From IMG/VR virus record IMGVR_UViG_3300017788_000011, positions 67,486 through 131,485 of that record: a stretch of 64,000 bases of DNA, one strand, 5' to 3'. Source of the DNA: a virus. The notes under the pieces are model-generated. The model saw only the letters and a list, made by a program, of their open reading frames with translations, made no database searches and had not been told where the DNA came from. Shown in pieces: positions 17,068 through 26,945 of the stretch (the first letter of the stretch is position 1; the number at the start of each line of letters is the position of its first letter). A program made the position numbers and the translations under genes.

Positions 17068-17883
17068 ATGACTGATCGCGCAAAATTCGAGCAGATGCTT
17101 GAATATCTAATTAATGAAGAAAAAGAAAAAGCCCAAGAGCTTTTCCATGAAATCGTGGTAGAAAAATCACGTGAAATTTACGAAGGTTTACTTGAAGATG
17201 AACTTGAGGATCTTGAAGTAAGCGAAGGCTCCGACGAAGAAGTTGATGAGTCCACAGACGAAGAAATCGAAGAAGGTCAAGACGAAGAAGTTGATGAGAA
17301 CTTTGGATTTGCCGAAGCCGATGACGAGATGGAAGCAGACCCCACAGACGACATGATGGGTGATGTAGAAGCCGGTGACGATATGGGTGACGAAGAAGGT
17401 GGCGAAGACGAGTTTGGTGGTGAAGAAGGCGGTGAAGAGCCTGTGACACAAGACGACTTAGAGTCTGCACTTGATGATTTAAGAGCTGAGTTTGAAGCCA
17501 TGTTAGATGGTGAAGAAGGCGGCGAAGAAGAAGAAGGCGAAGAAAAAGAAGAAAGTTTTGTTCGCGAATATGTAGAAAAAGTAAGTGCTGGCCATGGCGC
17601 TGAGAAAAAAGGTTCTGGTGAATCAAATGTTAATTCAAAATCACCTGTAGCCGGTAAGAATGACATGGGCGGAACTACTGGAAACATCGCTAAAGGCGGT
17701 GAAGGTGGCGGTAAAGAGGCAGGTTTAAGCAGTAACCAGCCAAAAGACATGAACACTGGAAATGTTAACACACCAGGTTCTAAAAATGCTACTAAAATGA
17801 GCAGTGTTAGTAAGGGTCACGGGGCCGAGAAAAAAGGTGCCGGTGAACAGGCTGCTAATACCAAAAGCACTATTGGATCTTAA
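17068..17883 (+). CDS. Acidic prohead core protein (gp67/gp68 position)
   Basis: Start re-called to 17068 (AAGGAG RBS, TAAATA 17027); very Glu/Asp-rich with many (L/I/V)xE sites; between portal and protease. Confidence 0.75.
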   Translation: MTDRAKFEQMLEYLINEEKEKAQELFHEIVVEKSREIYEGLLEDELEDLEVSEGSDEEVDESTDEEIEEGQDEEVDENFGFAEADDEMEADPTDDMMGDVEAGDDMGDEEGGEDEFGGEEGGEEPVTQDDLESALDDLRAEFEAMLDGEEGGEEEEGEEKEESFVREYVEKVSAGHGAEKKGSGESNVNSKSPVAGKNDMGGTTGNIAKGGEGGGKEAGLSSNQPKDMNTGNVNTPGSKNATKMSSVSKGHGAEKKGAGEQAANTKSTIGS

Positions 17884-17887
17884 TTAG

Positions 17888-18520
17888 ATGAGCCTTTATC
17901 TTCGAGAGAATTTAAGTTTTGATCAGGCCCGAATAGTTTTAGAATCAGACGGACCTGATGGAAACAAAAATCTATACATGAAGGGTATTTGTATTCAAGG
18001 CGGTGTGCGCAACGCAAATCAGCGTGTGTATCCTGTTCAAGAAATAGCAAGGGCTGTCAAAACCTTAAACGAACAAATTCATGGCGGATATAGTGTTCTC
18101 GGAGAAGTAGACCATCCAGATGATCTAAAAATTAACCTGGACCGTGTCAGCCACATGATCACTGAAATGTGGATGGAAGGTCCTAATGGTTACGGAAAGA
18201 TGAAAATCCTTCCAACGCCAATGGGCAAACTAATTGAAACAATGATAACCAGCGGAGTAAAATTAGGAGTGTCCAGTAGAGGATCGGGAAACGTCCAGGA
18301 GGACGGATCCGGTGAAGTTAGCGACTTTGAGATTATCACAATCGATGTAGTTGCACAACCCAGTGCTCCGGGAGCATATCCTACGCCTATCTATGAACAT
18401 TTAATGAATACCAAGGGTGGATTTAGAAGTCTACAGATGGCACAAGAAGTAAGAAATGACCCTAAAGCACAGCAATATCTAAAAGAGAGTCTTTTAGGTA
18501 TTATTAGCAGGCTCCAGTAA
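17888..18520 (+). CDS. gp21: Prohead core protease
   Basis: NANQRVYP, GEVDHP, VSH, TPMG, GVSSRGSG, DVVAQPSAPGA. Confidence 0.95.
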   Translation: MSLYLRENLSFDQARIVLESDGPDGNKNLYMKGICIQGGVRNANQRVYPVQEIARAVKTLNEQIHGGYSVLGEVDHPDDLKINLDRVSHMITEMWMEGPNGYGKMKILPTPMGKLIETMITSGVKLGVSSRGSGNVQEDGSGEVSDFEIITIDVVAQPSAPGAYPTPIYEHLMNTKGGFRSLQMAQEVRNDPKAQQYLKESLLGIISRLQ

Positions 18521-18534
18521 AGAGGAGAATCACA

Positions 18535-19620
18535 ATGTTGGACGCACTAAAAACGTTATTTGAAAACAATGTGATTTCTGAGGAGATCAAAGTTTCAATC
18601 CAGGAAGCATGGGATCAAAAAATCGCAGAAAATCGCGATCAAGTAACTATGCAACTTAGAGAAGAGTTTGCTCAAAAATATGAGCATGACAAATCTGTAA
18701 TGGTTGAAGCAATTGATCGTATGCTCACCGATAGACTGCACAGTGAAATTGAAGAATTTAAAGAAGATCGTGAAAGTCTTGCAGAACAGAAGGCAAAATA
18801 TGCAATTGCTGTTCGCGAGCATTCAGACAAACTAAAACAGTTTGTATTTGGTCAACTTAAAGAAGAAGTATCTCAATTACACGATGACCAGAAAGCCATG
18901 GCAAATAATTTTGCCAAGCTCGAAGAGTTTATCATTGAAGCACTTGCCAAAGAAATTTCAGAGTTCCAATACGATAAAAAAGATTTAGCAGAAACTAAAG
19001 TTCGTCTTATTCGTGAAGCCAAAGTTCAATTTAAAAACCTCAAGCAAAACTTCGTTAAGAAGAGTGCCGGTTTAGTTGAATCTGTTGTTGAAAGCACACT
19101 AAAAGGTGAAATCAAACAACTCAAAGAAGATATCGAGGCAGCACGTAAAAACGACTTTGGACGCAAGTTATTCGAAGCATTTTCTTCCGAATATCAAAAC
19201 AGTTATCTCAATGAAAAATCTGAAACTTCAAAACTTTTAAAAGTTATTGATTTAAAAGATGTAGTAATTGCTGAAACCAAGGCAGACCTAAACAAAGTAA
19301 AAGGACTTGTTGAATCTAAAGAGCAAGAAATTGTTCGTATTAAAGAGACACAAGAACGTCAGGCAACCATGCATGAACTTCTTTCTCCTTTAGGCAAGGA
19401 TCAACAGGAAATCATGACAGAATTATTAGAAAGTGTACAGACCCATAAGTTAAGAATTGCTTATGACAAGTACCTGCCAGCAGTTATCGCAGGCAACGCT
19501 CCCAAGAAGAAGGCACTTACAGAGGCAAAAGAAATTACAGGCAATAAACAATCCAACAGCGCGATCGGCACTGGCAAAGTAGCCGAAATCATTGACATAC
19601 GCCGCTTAGCCGGTCTATAA
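18535..19620 (+). CDS. gp22: Prohead core scaffolding protein
   Basis: Coiled-coil ORF between protease and capsid, GAGGAG RBS, ends RRLAGL. Confidence 0.8.
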   Translation: MLDALKTLFENNVISEEIKVSIQEAWDQKIAENRDQVTMQLREEFAQKYEHDKSVMVEAIDRMLTDRLHSEIEEFKEDRESLAEQKAKYAIAVREHSDKLKQFVFGQLKEEVSQLHDDQKAMANNFAKLEEFIIEALAKEISEFQYDKKDLAETKVRLIREAKVQFKNLKQNFVKKSAGLVESVVESTLKGEIKQLKEDIEAARKNDFGRKLFEAFSSEYQNSYLNEKSETSKLLKVIDLKDVVIAETKADLNKVKGLVESKEQEIVRIKETQERQATMHELLSPLGKDQQEIMTELLESVQTHKLRIAYDKYLPAVIAGNAPKKKALTEAKEITGNKQSNSAIGTGKVAEIIDIRRLAGL

Positions 19621-19632
19621 AAGGAGAAAGAA

Positions 19633-20802
19633 ATGTCAGAACTATTAGAATCACGCTGGCAGGAAACCAAAGAGGCACTTTTAGAAGGCCTACAAGGTAC
19701 TAAAAAGTCAGTAATGGCAGTTACACTCGAGAATACTCGCAAGCATCTCGTTGAAACCGCTACTGCTGGTGCTACTTCTGCCGGTAACGTTGCAACCCTA
19801 AATCGTGTGATCCTCCCAGTGATCAGACGTGTAATGCCAACAGTCATTGCTAATGAACTTGTTGGTGTACAACCAATGACTGGACCAGTTGGACAGATCC
19901 ATACTCTACGTGTTAGATATGCTGACTCTGCTGACGGTGTAGCCGCAGGTGAAGAGGCTCTAAGCCCATTCAAAATTGCTGCCGCTTATTCAGGTAACAA
20001 CACTGATGCTACTCCAAAGGCTTCTGCTACAGCAGCCTTAGAAGGTGCGGCAGGTAAGCGTTTAAGCATTCAGATTCTCAAACAAACAGTTGAAGCAAAG
20101 ACACGTAAATTGTCTGCTCGCTGGACATTTGAGGCTGCTCAAGATGCACAAGCTCAACAAGGCATTGACATCGAAGCAGAAATCATGGCTGCTTTAGCAC
20201 AAGAAATCACAGCAGAGATCGACCAAGAAGTTCTTGCTTCTTTACGTACTCTTGCTGGTACAGCATCTCAGACATATGATCAGGCTGCTGTTAGCGGTAC
20301 AGCCACATTCGTTGGTGACGAACATGCCGCATTAGCAGTTCAAATCAACCGCGTTGCTAACTTAATTGCTCAGCGTACACGTCGTGGCGCTGGTAACTAT
20401 GCAGTTGTTAGCCCATTTGCATTAACAATTCTTCAAAGTGCTACAACTTCTGCTTTCGCAAGAACAACAGAAGGTACATTCGAAGCACCAACAAACACCA
20501 AGTTCGTTGGTACATTGAACAGCGCAATGAAAGTATATGTTGATTCATATGCAAGTGATAGCACAGCCGTTCTTATCGGCTACAAAGGTTCAAGCGAGAG
20601 CGATGCTCCTGCATTCTACTGCCCATACATTCCATTGATGAGCAGTGGTGTTGTGCTTGATCCATCAACCTTCGAACCAGTCGTGAGCTTTATGACACGC
20701 TACGGTTACGTGGAACTCAGCAACACAGCATCATCTCTTGGTAATGCTGCTGACTACCTTGGTAAGGTTGACATCACAAGCGGTAACGTTAAGTTTAGTT
20801 AA
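19633..20802 (+). CDS. gp23: Major capsid protein
   Basis: RRVMPTVIANELVGVQPMTGP, TRKLSARWTFEAAQD, EITAEIDQE, FYCPYIPL, TRYG; AAGGAG RBS. Confidence 0.96.
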   Translation: MSELLESRWQETKEALLEGLQGTKKSVMAVTLENTRKHLVETATAGATSAGNVATLNRVILPVIRRVMPTVIANELVGVQPMTGPVGQIHTLRVRYADSADGVAAGEEALSPFKIAAAYSGNNTDATPKASATAALEGAAGKRLSIQILKQTVEAKTRKLSARWTFEAAQDAQAQQGIDIEAEIMAALAQEITAEIDQEVLASLRTLAGTASQTYDQAAVSGTATFVGDEHAALAVQINRVANLIAQRTRRGAGNYAVVSPFALTILQSATTSAFARTTEGTFEAPTNTKFVGTLNSAMKVYVDSYASDSTAVLIGYKGSSESDAPAFYCPYIPLMSSGVVLDPSTFEPVVSFMTRYGYVELSNTASSLGNAADYLGKVDITSGNVKFS

Positions 20803-20824
20803 TCCACTGGATTTTCAAAACTTC

Positions 20825-20858
20825 AAAAGAGCGAGTATAAAACTCGCTCTTTTTTTTT
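20825..20858 (+). terminator. Rho-independent terminator after gp23
   Basis: AAAAGAGCGAGT-ATAAA-ACTCGCTC followed by T9. Confidence 0.9.
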
Positions 20859-20876
20859 ACGGGTAAATATAACACT

Positions 20877-21380
20877 ATGTTAACAAAGTGGCAAACACCA
20901 AGAATAATCACACAAGATCAAACAGACACTGAAGCAGTACAGTGGAAAAGTCTAAACCTCGGAGTTGAAGATCAATATATCCACACTGTGAAAGAGTTGT
21001 ATAGAATTTCTCTGGCTTCTGAAGATTACATCAGCAATTATACAGCCCTGTTGAATTTTACAGATTTTAATTTTAATGTATCTGGAGTAGTACAGGGTAT
21101 TGAATTAGAATTTCAATCTCAACGATTAAGTAGAATTTCTGATAAAGTTGTACAACTTGTTTACAACGGAGAATTAATTGGCACTAATCAAAAATTAGAA
21201 ATATCTGAAAATAGACAAATCTACGGATCATCCACAGCGTCATGGGGCGCAGAATTAAACCCAACTGTGGTTAACAGCAGTACATTTGGAGTTGCTATAC
21301 AACTCGAAGCCAACAAGACCACCCCGTTCAGTGAACTTGCTTACATTGATTATGTAAGGCTGCGTGTTCATTATACCTAA
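20877..21380 (+). CDS. Hypothetical virion-associated protein
   Basis: 167-aa beta-rich ORF ending IDYVRLRVHY; TAAATA at 20864-20869. Confidence 0.7.
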   Translation: MLTKWQTPRIITQDQTDTEAVQWKSLNLGVEDQYIHTVKELYRISLASEDYISNYTALLNFTDFNFNVSGVVQGIELEFQSQRLSRISDKVVQLVYNGELIGTNQKLEISENRQIYGSSTASWGAELNPTVVNSSTFGVAIQLEANKTTPFSELAYIDYVRLRVHYT

Positions 21381-21392
21381 TTGAGATATTGA

Positions 21393-21480
21393 TAAATACT
21401 TTGTCTAATAATGAGCGCCGCAATGTCTGCGGACTTATGCAGTAACCCACTGCGTAGACCTAAAACGTCAACATAAGGAG
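21393..21480 (+). promoter_or_regulatory. Late promoter plus structured 5' leader
   Basis: TAAATA 21393-21398; stems CCGCA/TGCGG (21418-21432), TATGCAGT/ACTGCGTA (21436-21456); AAGGAG 21475-21480. Confidence 0.55.
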
Positions 21481-21487
21481 AAAACAA

Positions 21488-21874
21488 ATGGGACGTCCAT
21501 TGAGAAAAGATAGATTAGGTACCGATGTCATCGGTACATTTGCCAGCAACACAGGTATTCGTGTAGAGTTTTATGATGCATCATTGAGAACAGACGGTGT
21601 TATTATCAAACAACGCGGTGCAAAAACATTTGTAGTTTGTCAAGTAGGCAACATTGGCACAACTACATCATATACTACCGCAGTATTAAAGAATGGTGCA
21701 CCAAGTGCTGCCAACGAAATGCGTTTGTTTGGGTACAATACTTCTAACTCAGGCGCAGTAGTTAATATTGCAAAAATTACCAAGCGTGTTGCTACAGATT
21801 TCAGCGGCAATCGTTACACATGGAACTTAGAAAACGATTCATCTAACGACTACATTGTATTAACAGCAATCTAA
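21488..21874 (+). CDS. Hypothetical structural protein (possible head decoration)
   Basis: 128-aa ORF starting MGRPL, strong RBS, near capsid gene. Confidence 0.75.
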   Translation: MGRPLRKDRLGTDVIGTFASNTGIRVEFYDASLRTDGVIIKQRGAKTFVVCQVGNIGTTTSYTTAVLKNGAPSAANEMRLFGYNTSNSGAVVNIAKITKRVATDFSGNRYTWNLENDSSNDYIVLTAI

Positions 21875-21886
21875 TTTTAAAATAAT

Positions 21887-22789
21887 ATGTCAAGAGTACT
21901 TAGAGTAGATGGCGGTAACTATAAGGTTATCGTACAAAGCGGCGGAAGTATTACATTAGATACTGGCATAGAAACCGGTGAAGTAGTAGTCACTGGTGAT
22001 CTGCGAGTATTAGGTAATACTACCACTGTTAATTCTGAAAATTTAAGTATTAGAGATAATTTAATTATTTTAAATCAAGGAGAAACTGGCGCTGGTGTTA
22101 CCTTAGGTACAGCCGGTGTTCAAATTGATCGAGGAACAGCGTCTGCGGCGCAGATGCTGTTTGACGAAAGCAACGATCAATTTAGTTTTGGATTCGCCAG
22201 CGGCACATTGGCAAGAATAAGAGCGACCGGAGTATTAACTGGCGGTCAAAATTTACTGTTAATTGGCACAGGCAACGGAGTTATTTCTGTAGCAGGAACT
22301 AACGACTACGAAACAAAAGTCACAGACGATGATCATATACCTAACAGAAAGTTTGTTGTAGACACAGTTGCAGCCGCAACATTCTCTGCTGTTGGTGTTG
22401 ATGATACCAGAATTACCTTTACAGAAGAATTTGTCGGAGATCCGTTCAGTTCTATTGTAATGACTGTAGACGGAAGTTTAAAATTTAGATTAACTGACAA
22501 CACATTAGATTTGTTAGGTATTGTAATTGACGACAATACCATTAGATCAAACCCCAGCAACGAGTCATTGATTCTTGAGTCAAACGGTACAGCACCTGTT
22601 ACTATGAATAGTCCTTTGGAAATAACCAATGTTGGTTATAACCCAACTGCAAGAATTAATTCTAATATTTTATACTCAACTGCAACCATAGGAACAGGTG
22701 GAACAGGACTGTATGTTGTAAATAGTGCTAAGAGAGACGAGTTAGCAAGCAAAACTGGAGCATTATACTACAGTTTGGTATTTTATTAA
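21887..22789 (+). CDS. Virion structural/fibre protein
   Basis: VTGDLRVLGNTTTVNS..L.I.DN.I.LN.GE.G.G pattern common in T4-like phage fibres. Confidence 0.7.
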   Translation: MSRVLRVDGGNYKVIVQSGGSITLDTGIETGEVVVTGDLRVLGNTTTVNSENLSIRDNLIILNQGETGAGVTLGTAGVQIDRGTASAAQMLFDESNDQFSFGFASGTLARIRATGVLTGGQNLLLIGTGNGVISVAGTNDYETKVTDDDHIPNRKFVVDTVAAATFSAVGVDDTRITFTEEFVGDPFSSIVMTVDGSLKFRLTDNTLDLLGIVIDDNTIRSNPSNESLILESNGTAPVTMNSPLEITNVGYNPTARINSNILYSTATIGTGGTGLYVVNSAKRDELASKTGALYYSLVFY

Positions 22790-22801
22790 GGACAACTTAG
22801 A

Positions 22802-23140
22802 ATGGCACTACAGAATTCATTAATCACAAGTAGCGGTACTACAATATATCAGAATACAACCGGCGGTAATGTCGCTATCACCTGCATTATTTTTTGTAAC
22901 AGAGAACCAGTTAATCCAATTGACGACGAACATGGCTTAACTTTTTTAACCATGTATGCAATATCTACTGGAGGTTCTCCAGGTGTAAACAACATTGTAG
23001 TTAATGCGCTCCCAGTTCCTGCCAGCGAAACAGTGACTTTTGATCACGAAAGATTTATTCTTGCACCTGGTGATAAATTAATTGCCAGCTCATCAAGCCC
23101 TGAATTCTTATCTTGCACAGTGAGTTGGAGTGCAGTGTAA
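22802..23140 (+). CDS. Small virion protein (paralog of 26223-26552)
   Basis: ERFILAPGDKL matches EKLILSSNNQL; similar size and C-terminal VSW. Confidence 0.7.
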   Translation: MALQNSLITSSGTTIYQNTTGGNVAITCIIFCNREPVNPIDDEHGLTFLTMYAISTGGSPGVNNIVVNALPVPASETVTFDHERFILAPGDKLIASSSSPEFLSCTVSWSAV

Positions 23141-23649
23141 TGCGATTTCTAAGAAAAAATTCTCTGATTTTTAGAAACGCCAGATCAAATAAACTGGCTG
23201 TATCGGCATTTGGGGAAATCATCATGGATACTACACGATCCGTGAGAGTGCCCCGAGGTGAAACCAACGATCGGCCGACACGACCAGAAAACGGCCAAAT
23301 TAGATATAACACTTCAACTAATCAACTTGAAGCCTATGCACAAAACTCTTGGAGAGTTATTAGATTCAAAGAATCTGGTACTATCACACAACAAACACTG
23401 GGCATAGGAGACGCCAGCGAAACAGTGTTTGGACCTTTGAATCCTGCACCCCCAAGTGTCAGTCAAAGTGGATCAGCATGGGGCGGCCAAAATCTCGTTG
23501 TCTTAGTAGAAAACGTATATCAACTTTTTAATACTAACTATCTCGTTATACAAAATCCACCAGGTAGAGATCCTGGTTATTATCTTGAATTTCTTGGACC
23601 AGTGCCCTACGGTAAACCAGTCACAGTTTTACACGGCTTTGATCAATAA
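23140..23649 (+). CDS. Virion structural protein
   Basis: Start re-called to 23140 (TAATG coupling); VPRGETNDRP...GQIRYNT...LE.Y repeat unit and LVVLVENVYQ domain. Confidence 0.7.
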   Translation: MRFLRKNSLIFRNARSNKLAVSAFGEIIMDTTRSVRVPRGETNDRPTRPENGQIRYNTSTNQLEAYAQNSWRVIRFKESGTITQQTLGIGDASETVFGPLNPAPPSVSQSGSAWGGQNLVVLVENVYQLFNTNYLVIQNPPGRDPGYYLEFLGPVPYGKPVTVLHGFDQ

Positions 23650-23676
23650 ATATTAGTATAGACTCAAGGAGCGTGT

Positions 23677-25044
23677 ATGCCTTTAGATCCAACAGATCGC
23701 ATAGGTAAAATCAGCGGACCAATGCTTAAAGACAATCTCGTCAGAGACGGGATAGATCTTGCCTTTGAAAATGATTTGTTGTACATCGATGCATCTACAC
23801 AGGGTATTGGAATAAACACCGACACAGTTACTCGAGACCTTGTGGTCAATGGAGTCAGTAAATTTCCAGAAGTAATTTTAACCACAGGATATTTCAGTGC
23901 AGGAACTGTGGTTTTAAATACTAACGGCACTATCAGCAGTTTGTCAGGACCTGTAGAGATTGCACCGCAAGGACCCAGTCCTTATATTAATCATGCAAGA
24001 ATAGTCACAGATGACTATGAAATCAACGGCCATGCCTTTACTGGTATTTCAACTAACGCAGATATTAGACTTGAAGCCAACGGAACTGGCACAGTAGATT
24101 TTTATGCCAATACTAACATAGACGGAAATCTATATGCTACTGGTGACGTATTGTTAACTGGAAATTTAAATATTGGCGGGACCATTGTTGTTGGTAACAG
24201 TCCTTTAGATACTGTGACAATAACACCTGAACTTGATCAACATATAAACCCAGGCGCCACGGGACTTTATAATTTAGGTCTTTCTGCTAAACTCTGGAGA
24301 AATGCCACTGTTGCCCAAATTGATTCAACTGGCGGCTTGACCACTGGTTTAGTCACTGTAGACGGAACACTGCGTATAGATTCTAATATTATCAGCACAG
24401 TAACTACAGATACAGACGTAGCCATTGCACCCAACGGCACAGGCCGAGTACAGATGGGCAACTTTAGACTTTTTGTAGATGACATAACAAACAACGGCGT
24501 CAATGGCACCAAAGTTGATCTATTAGATTACGCCGAATTAGCCAATGCAGTAAATTTAGCCATAGCAGGAAATCCTACCTATAGTTTTTTTAACACAGTA
24601 TTAATCGGTCTTCGTCCACTGGGAGATGTTGACGGAGACGGTATTGTAACAGCATCAGATGCCGCTCTCATAGCCAGTTTTGGTTCGGGAACACTGCCAG
24701 AAATCAGCGACGAAACTGAGTGGATTCAAGAACAGATACGTCCCTATATACTGGCCAGAAAAGCATTGTATCCTACATTATTTGATCAAGTCAGCGCATT
24801 TACTATTCTACCAACCGGACAGGGATACGTTAGATTCGCTGGAACTAACGGTGTTGTTGTTCCCACAGGATCAAACAGCCAACGGACCTATCCTGAAATA
24901 GGTGACACACGATGGAACACCGAACTACAGCGTCTTGAGTGTTTTGACGGAACAGTATACTCTCTATCAACCGGCGGTGGCGAGCTGATCACAGCCGAGG
25001 ACATGGAAGATTTAGGCAATGTTTACGCCCTAATCTTTGGTTAA
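23677..25044 (+). CDS. Fibre-like virion protein with dockerin-like insert
   Basis: GKISGPMLKDNL.RDG.DLAFE N-terminus; paralog of next gene; AAGGAG RBS; TAAATA 23647-23652. Confidence 0.75.
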   Translation: MPLDPTDRIGKISGPMLKDNLVRDGIDLAFENDLLYIDASTQGIGINTDTVTRDLVVNGVSKFPEVILTTGYFSAGTVVLNTNGTISSLSGPVEIAPQGPSPYINHARIVTDDYEINGHAFTGISTNADIRLEANGTGTVDFYANTNIDGNLYATGDVLLTGNLNIGGTIVVGNSPLDTVTITPELDQHINPGATGLYNLGLSAKLWRNATVAQIDSTGGLTTGLVTVDGTLRIDSNIISTVTTDTDVAIAPNGTGRVQMGNFRLFVDDITNNGVNGTKVDLLDYAELANAVNLAIAGNPTYSFFNTVLIGLRPLGDVDGDGIVTASDAALIASFGSGTLPEISDETEWIQEQIRPYILARKALYPTLFDQVSAFTILPTGQGYVRFAGTNGVVVPTGSNSQRTYPEIGDTRWNTELQRLECFDGTVYSLSTGGGELITAEDMEDLGNVYALIFG

Positions 25045-25057
25045 TTCCAAAAAGTCA

Positions 25058-25155
25058 TAAATAGATATAACGTAAAAATCAAAGTGATTTTTACCAAACA
25101 TACTGTGGTAAACCCGCAACGCAAGGTGGTTATCCGTGAAACACGGTGTCAGGAG
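25058..25155 (+). promoter_or_regulatory. Late promoter plus structured 5' leader
   Basis: TAAATA 25058-25063; stems GTAAAAATC/GATTTTTAC (25072-25094), TGTGG/CCGCA (25104-25118), CCGTG/CACGG (25134-25146); AGGAG 25151-25155. Confidence 0.55.
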
Positions 25156-25163
25156 AGAGCGTA

Positions 25164-26216
25164 ATGGCTGTAGGAAGAATTTCTGGTCCATTGCTCAAGG
25201 CTAATCTGCTACGCGAAGGTGTAGACTTAGCATTTGAGACAGACCTACTATACTTAGATGTTAATAATTTACGAATCGGCGTAAACACTGACTCTCCACA
25301 ATACCCCCTCGATGTCAACGGAACTGTAAGAACTACTTCATTAGAAGTAGACACAGAAATTGACATTGGTAATTTTAATATCAGCGGCAATACAATCAGC
25401 AGTGACCAAAGCACTATAAGTTTTGCTCCTTCAGGCGGTAATCCAACAATATATCACGCAAGATTACAAGTAGATGATCTTGATTTTCGTGACAATCAAA
25501 TATCAACAACCACACTAAACACTCCTTTAGAGTTACGGCCCAACGGCACTGGTTCTGTTGACATTTATTCTAATTCTAATGTTTACGGTGATTTAGATGT
25601 AACCGGAAACATCGATGTTGACGGCAATGTAACTATTGGCGGAAATATTACCATAGGTGATTCTTCCACAGATACTATTTCTATCATAGCCGCAATAACC
25701 AGCGACATCAAACCTGAAACTTCTAACACGTACGATCTTGGCACACCAAGTTTACGTTGGAATACGCTGTATGCTAACAACCTTGTTTCTGATACAGTAA
25801 CAGCCGGTGAATTGCAGATTGACAATATCAACATCAATGGCAACACTATTTCATCTACTACAGCAAACACTGATATACTCTTTATCCCCAACGGCACGGG
25901 TTCTTTGAGTATTGGAAATTTAAGATTTAGAAATAACACAATAACAAATGTCAGTAGCGGTGCAATCACAACATTTACCAGCACCGGAGACGGATATTTT
26001 AAGATAAACGGAACAAATGGTTTTGTTCCACCAGTAGGAACTATTTCACAGAGACCCGCTTATGCAGTCACCGGTATGACACGGTATAACACAGACAACT
26101 TAGTGCTCGAAGTCTGGGACGGCGCACAATGGGCCAGCCCAGCAGGTTCGACAGGTGCTGTCAGTGAAACCGGTGCTCTTGATATTGCTATCAGCAGTGC
26201 TCTTGTATTTGGATAA
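25164..26216 (+). CDS. Fibre-like virion protein (paralog of 23677-25044)
   Basis: Start re-called to ATG 25164 after AGGAG; MAVGRISGPLLKANLLREGVDLAFE; PNGTG repeats. Confidence 0.78.
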   Translation: MAVGRISGPLLKANLLREGVDLAFETDLLYLDVNNLRIGVNTDSPQYPLDVNGTVRTTSLEVDTEIDIGNFNISGNTISSDQSTISFAPSGGNPTIYHARLQVDDLDFRDNQISTTTLNTPLELRPNGTGSVDIYSNSNVYGDLDVTGNIDVDGNVTIGGNITIGDSSTDTISIIAAITSDIKPETSNTYDLGTPSLRWNTLYANNLVSDTVTAGELQIDNININGNTISSTTANTDILFIPNGTGSLSIGNLRFRNNTITNVSSGAITTFTSTGDGYFKINGTNGFVPPVGTISQRPAYAVTGMTRYNTDNLVLEVWDGAQWASPAGSTGAVSETGALDIAISSALVFG

Positions 26217-26222
26217 TAAATT

Positions 26223-26552
26223 ATGGCAACCACGTTTAGAAATACAGTAGTCAAAGAAATTGGAATAACACCCACACAAGTCTGTCAAACCACAGAGATT
26301 TCAAAAGCCACTGTTATTGGTTTAAGTTTAACAAATCTAACCAGCGGCAATGTTACTGTAAATGTTCTGTTAGAAGATGACACCAGTACACAGGGTTATT
26401 ATGTTAAAGGTGTGATTATTCCTGCTGGAAACAGTTTGAGGGTAGTAAATCAAGGTGAAAAATTAATTCTATCAAGTAACAATCAATTGATTATTTCAAC
26501 AGACACAGCAAACAGTATTGATGCAATTGTTAGTTGGGTAGAGATTACATAA
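26223..26552 (+). CDS. Small virion protein
   Basis: 109-aa ORF MATTFRN...GEKLIL...VSWVEI in structural cluster. Confidence 0.72.
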   Translation: MATTFRNTVVKEIGITPTQVCQTTEISKATVIGLSLTNLTSGNVTVNVLLEDDTSTQGYYVKGVIIPAGNSLRVVNQGEKLILSSNNQLIISTDTANSIDAIVSWVEIT

Positions 26553-26562
26553 GGTTAAGATT

Positions 26563-26913
26563 ATGACATATTTTTTAGGAAATAATCCAGCAGATTTACT
26601 CAGCGGTCAACCCAGATATTTTTATGCGTTGAGGAGATCAGACGACGGCGATCTTTATATCACACGTATTGATCAACTGTCTGGAGAAAACGTTGATATT
26701 AATAATCCAGGAGATCCTGGAGACAACTATGAAAAGTTTGCAGTAGGAGTAGATTTTTTCAATGGTAGAGCAGTTAATCATGAGCTAACCTATGAAAATT
26801 TAAAGTTTGAACAGTACAGATGGGATGACAGATTACTCAGTTATTACATCGACGAGGATGGAAATCTGTCAGCGATTGTGGGCAAAGATCGCAATTACCC
26901 AACTGACATTTAA
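26563..26913 (+). CDS. Hypothetical protein
   Basis: 116-aa ORF with FYALRR.DDG.L and YYIDEDGNL in structural cluster. Confidence 0.7.
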   Translation: MTYFLGNNPADLLSGQPRYFYALRRSDDGDLYITRIDQLSGENVDINNPGDPGDNYEKFAVGVDFFNGRAVNHELTYENLKFEQYRWDDRLLSYYIDEDGNLSAIVGKDRNYPTDI

Positions 26914-26945
26914 AATAAATATAGAATTAGTAGAGGATACTTAAA

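Noticed and set aside
17111-17771. Antisense ORFs over the prohead core gene, and similar shadows (10520-11113, 13769-14302, 19461-19973, 38459-39079, 40630-41163, 58359-58913)
   Set aside because: Shadow frames of biased-codon genes; low-complexity translations, no RBS or promoter.
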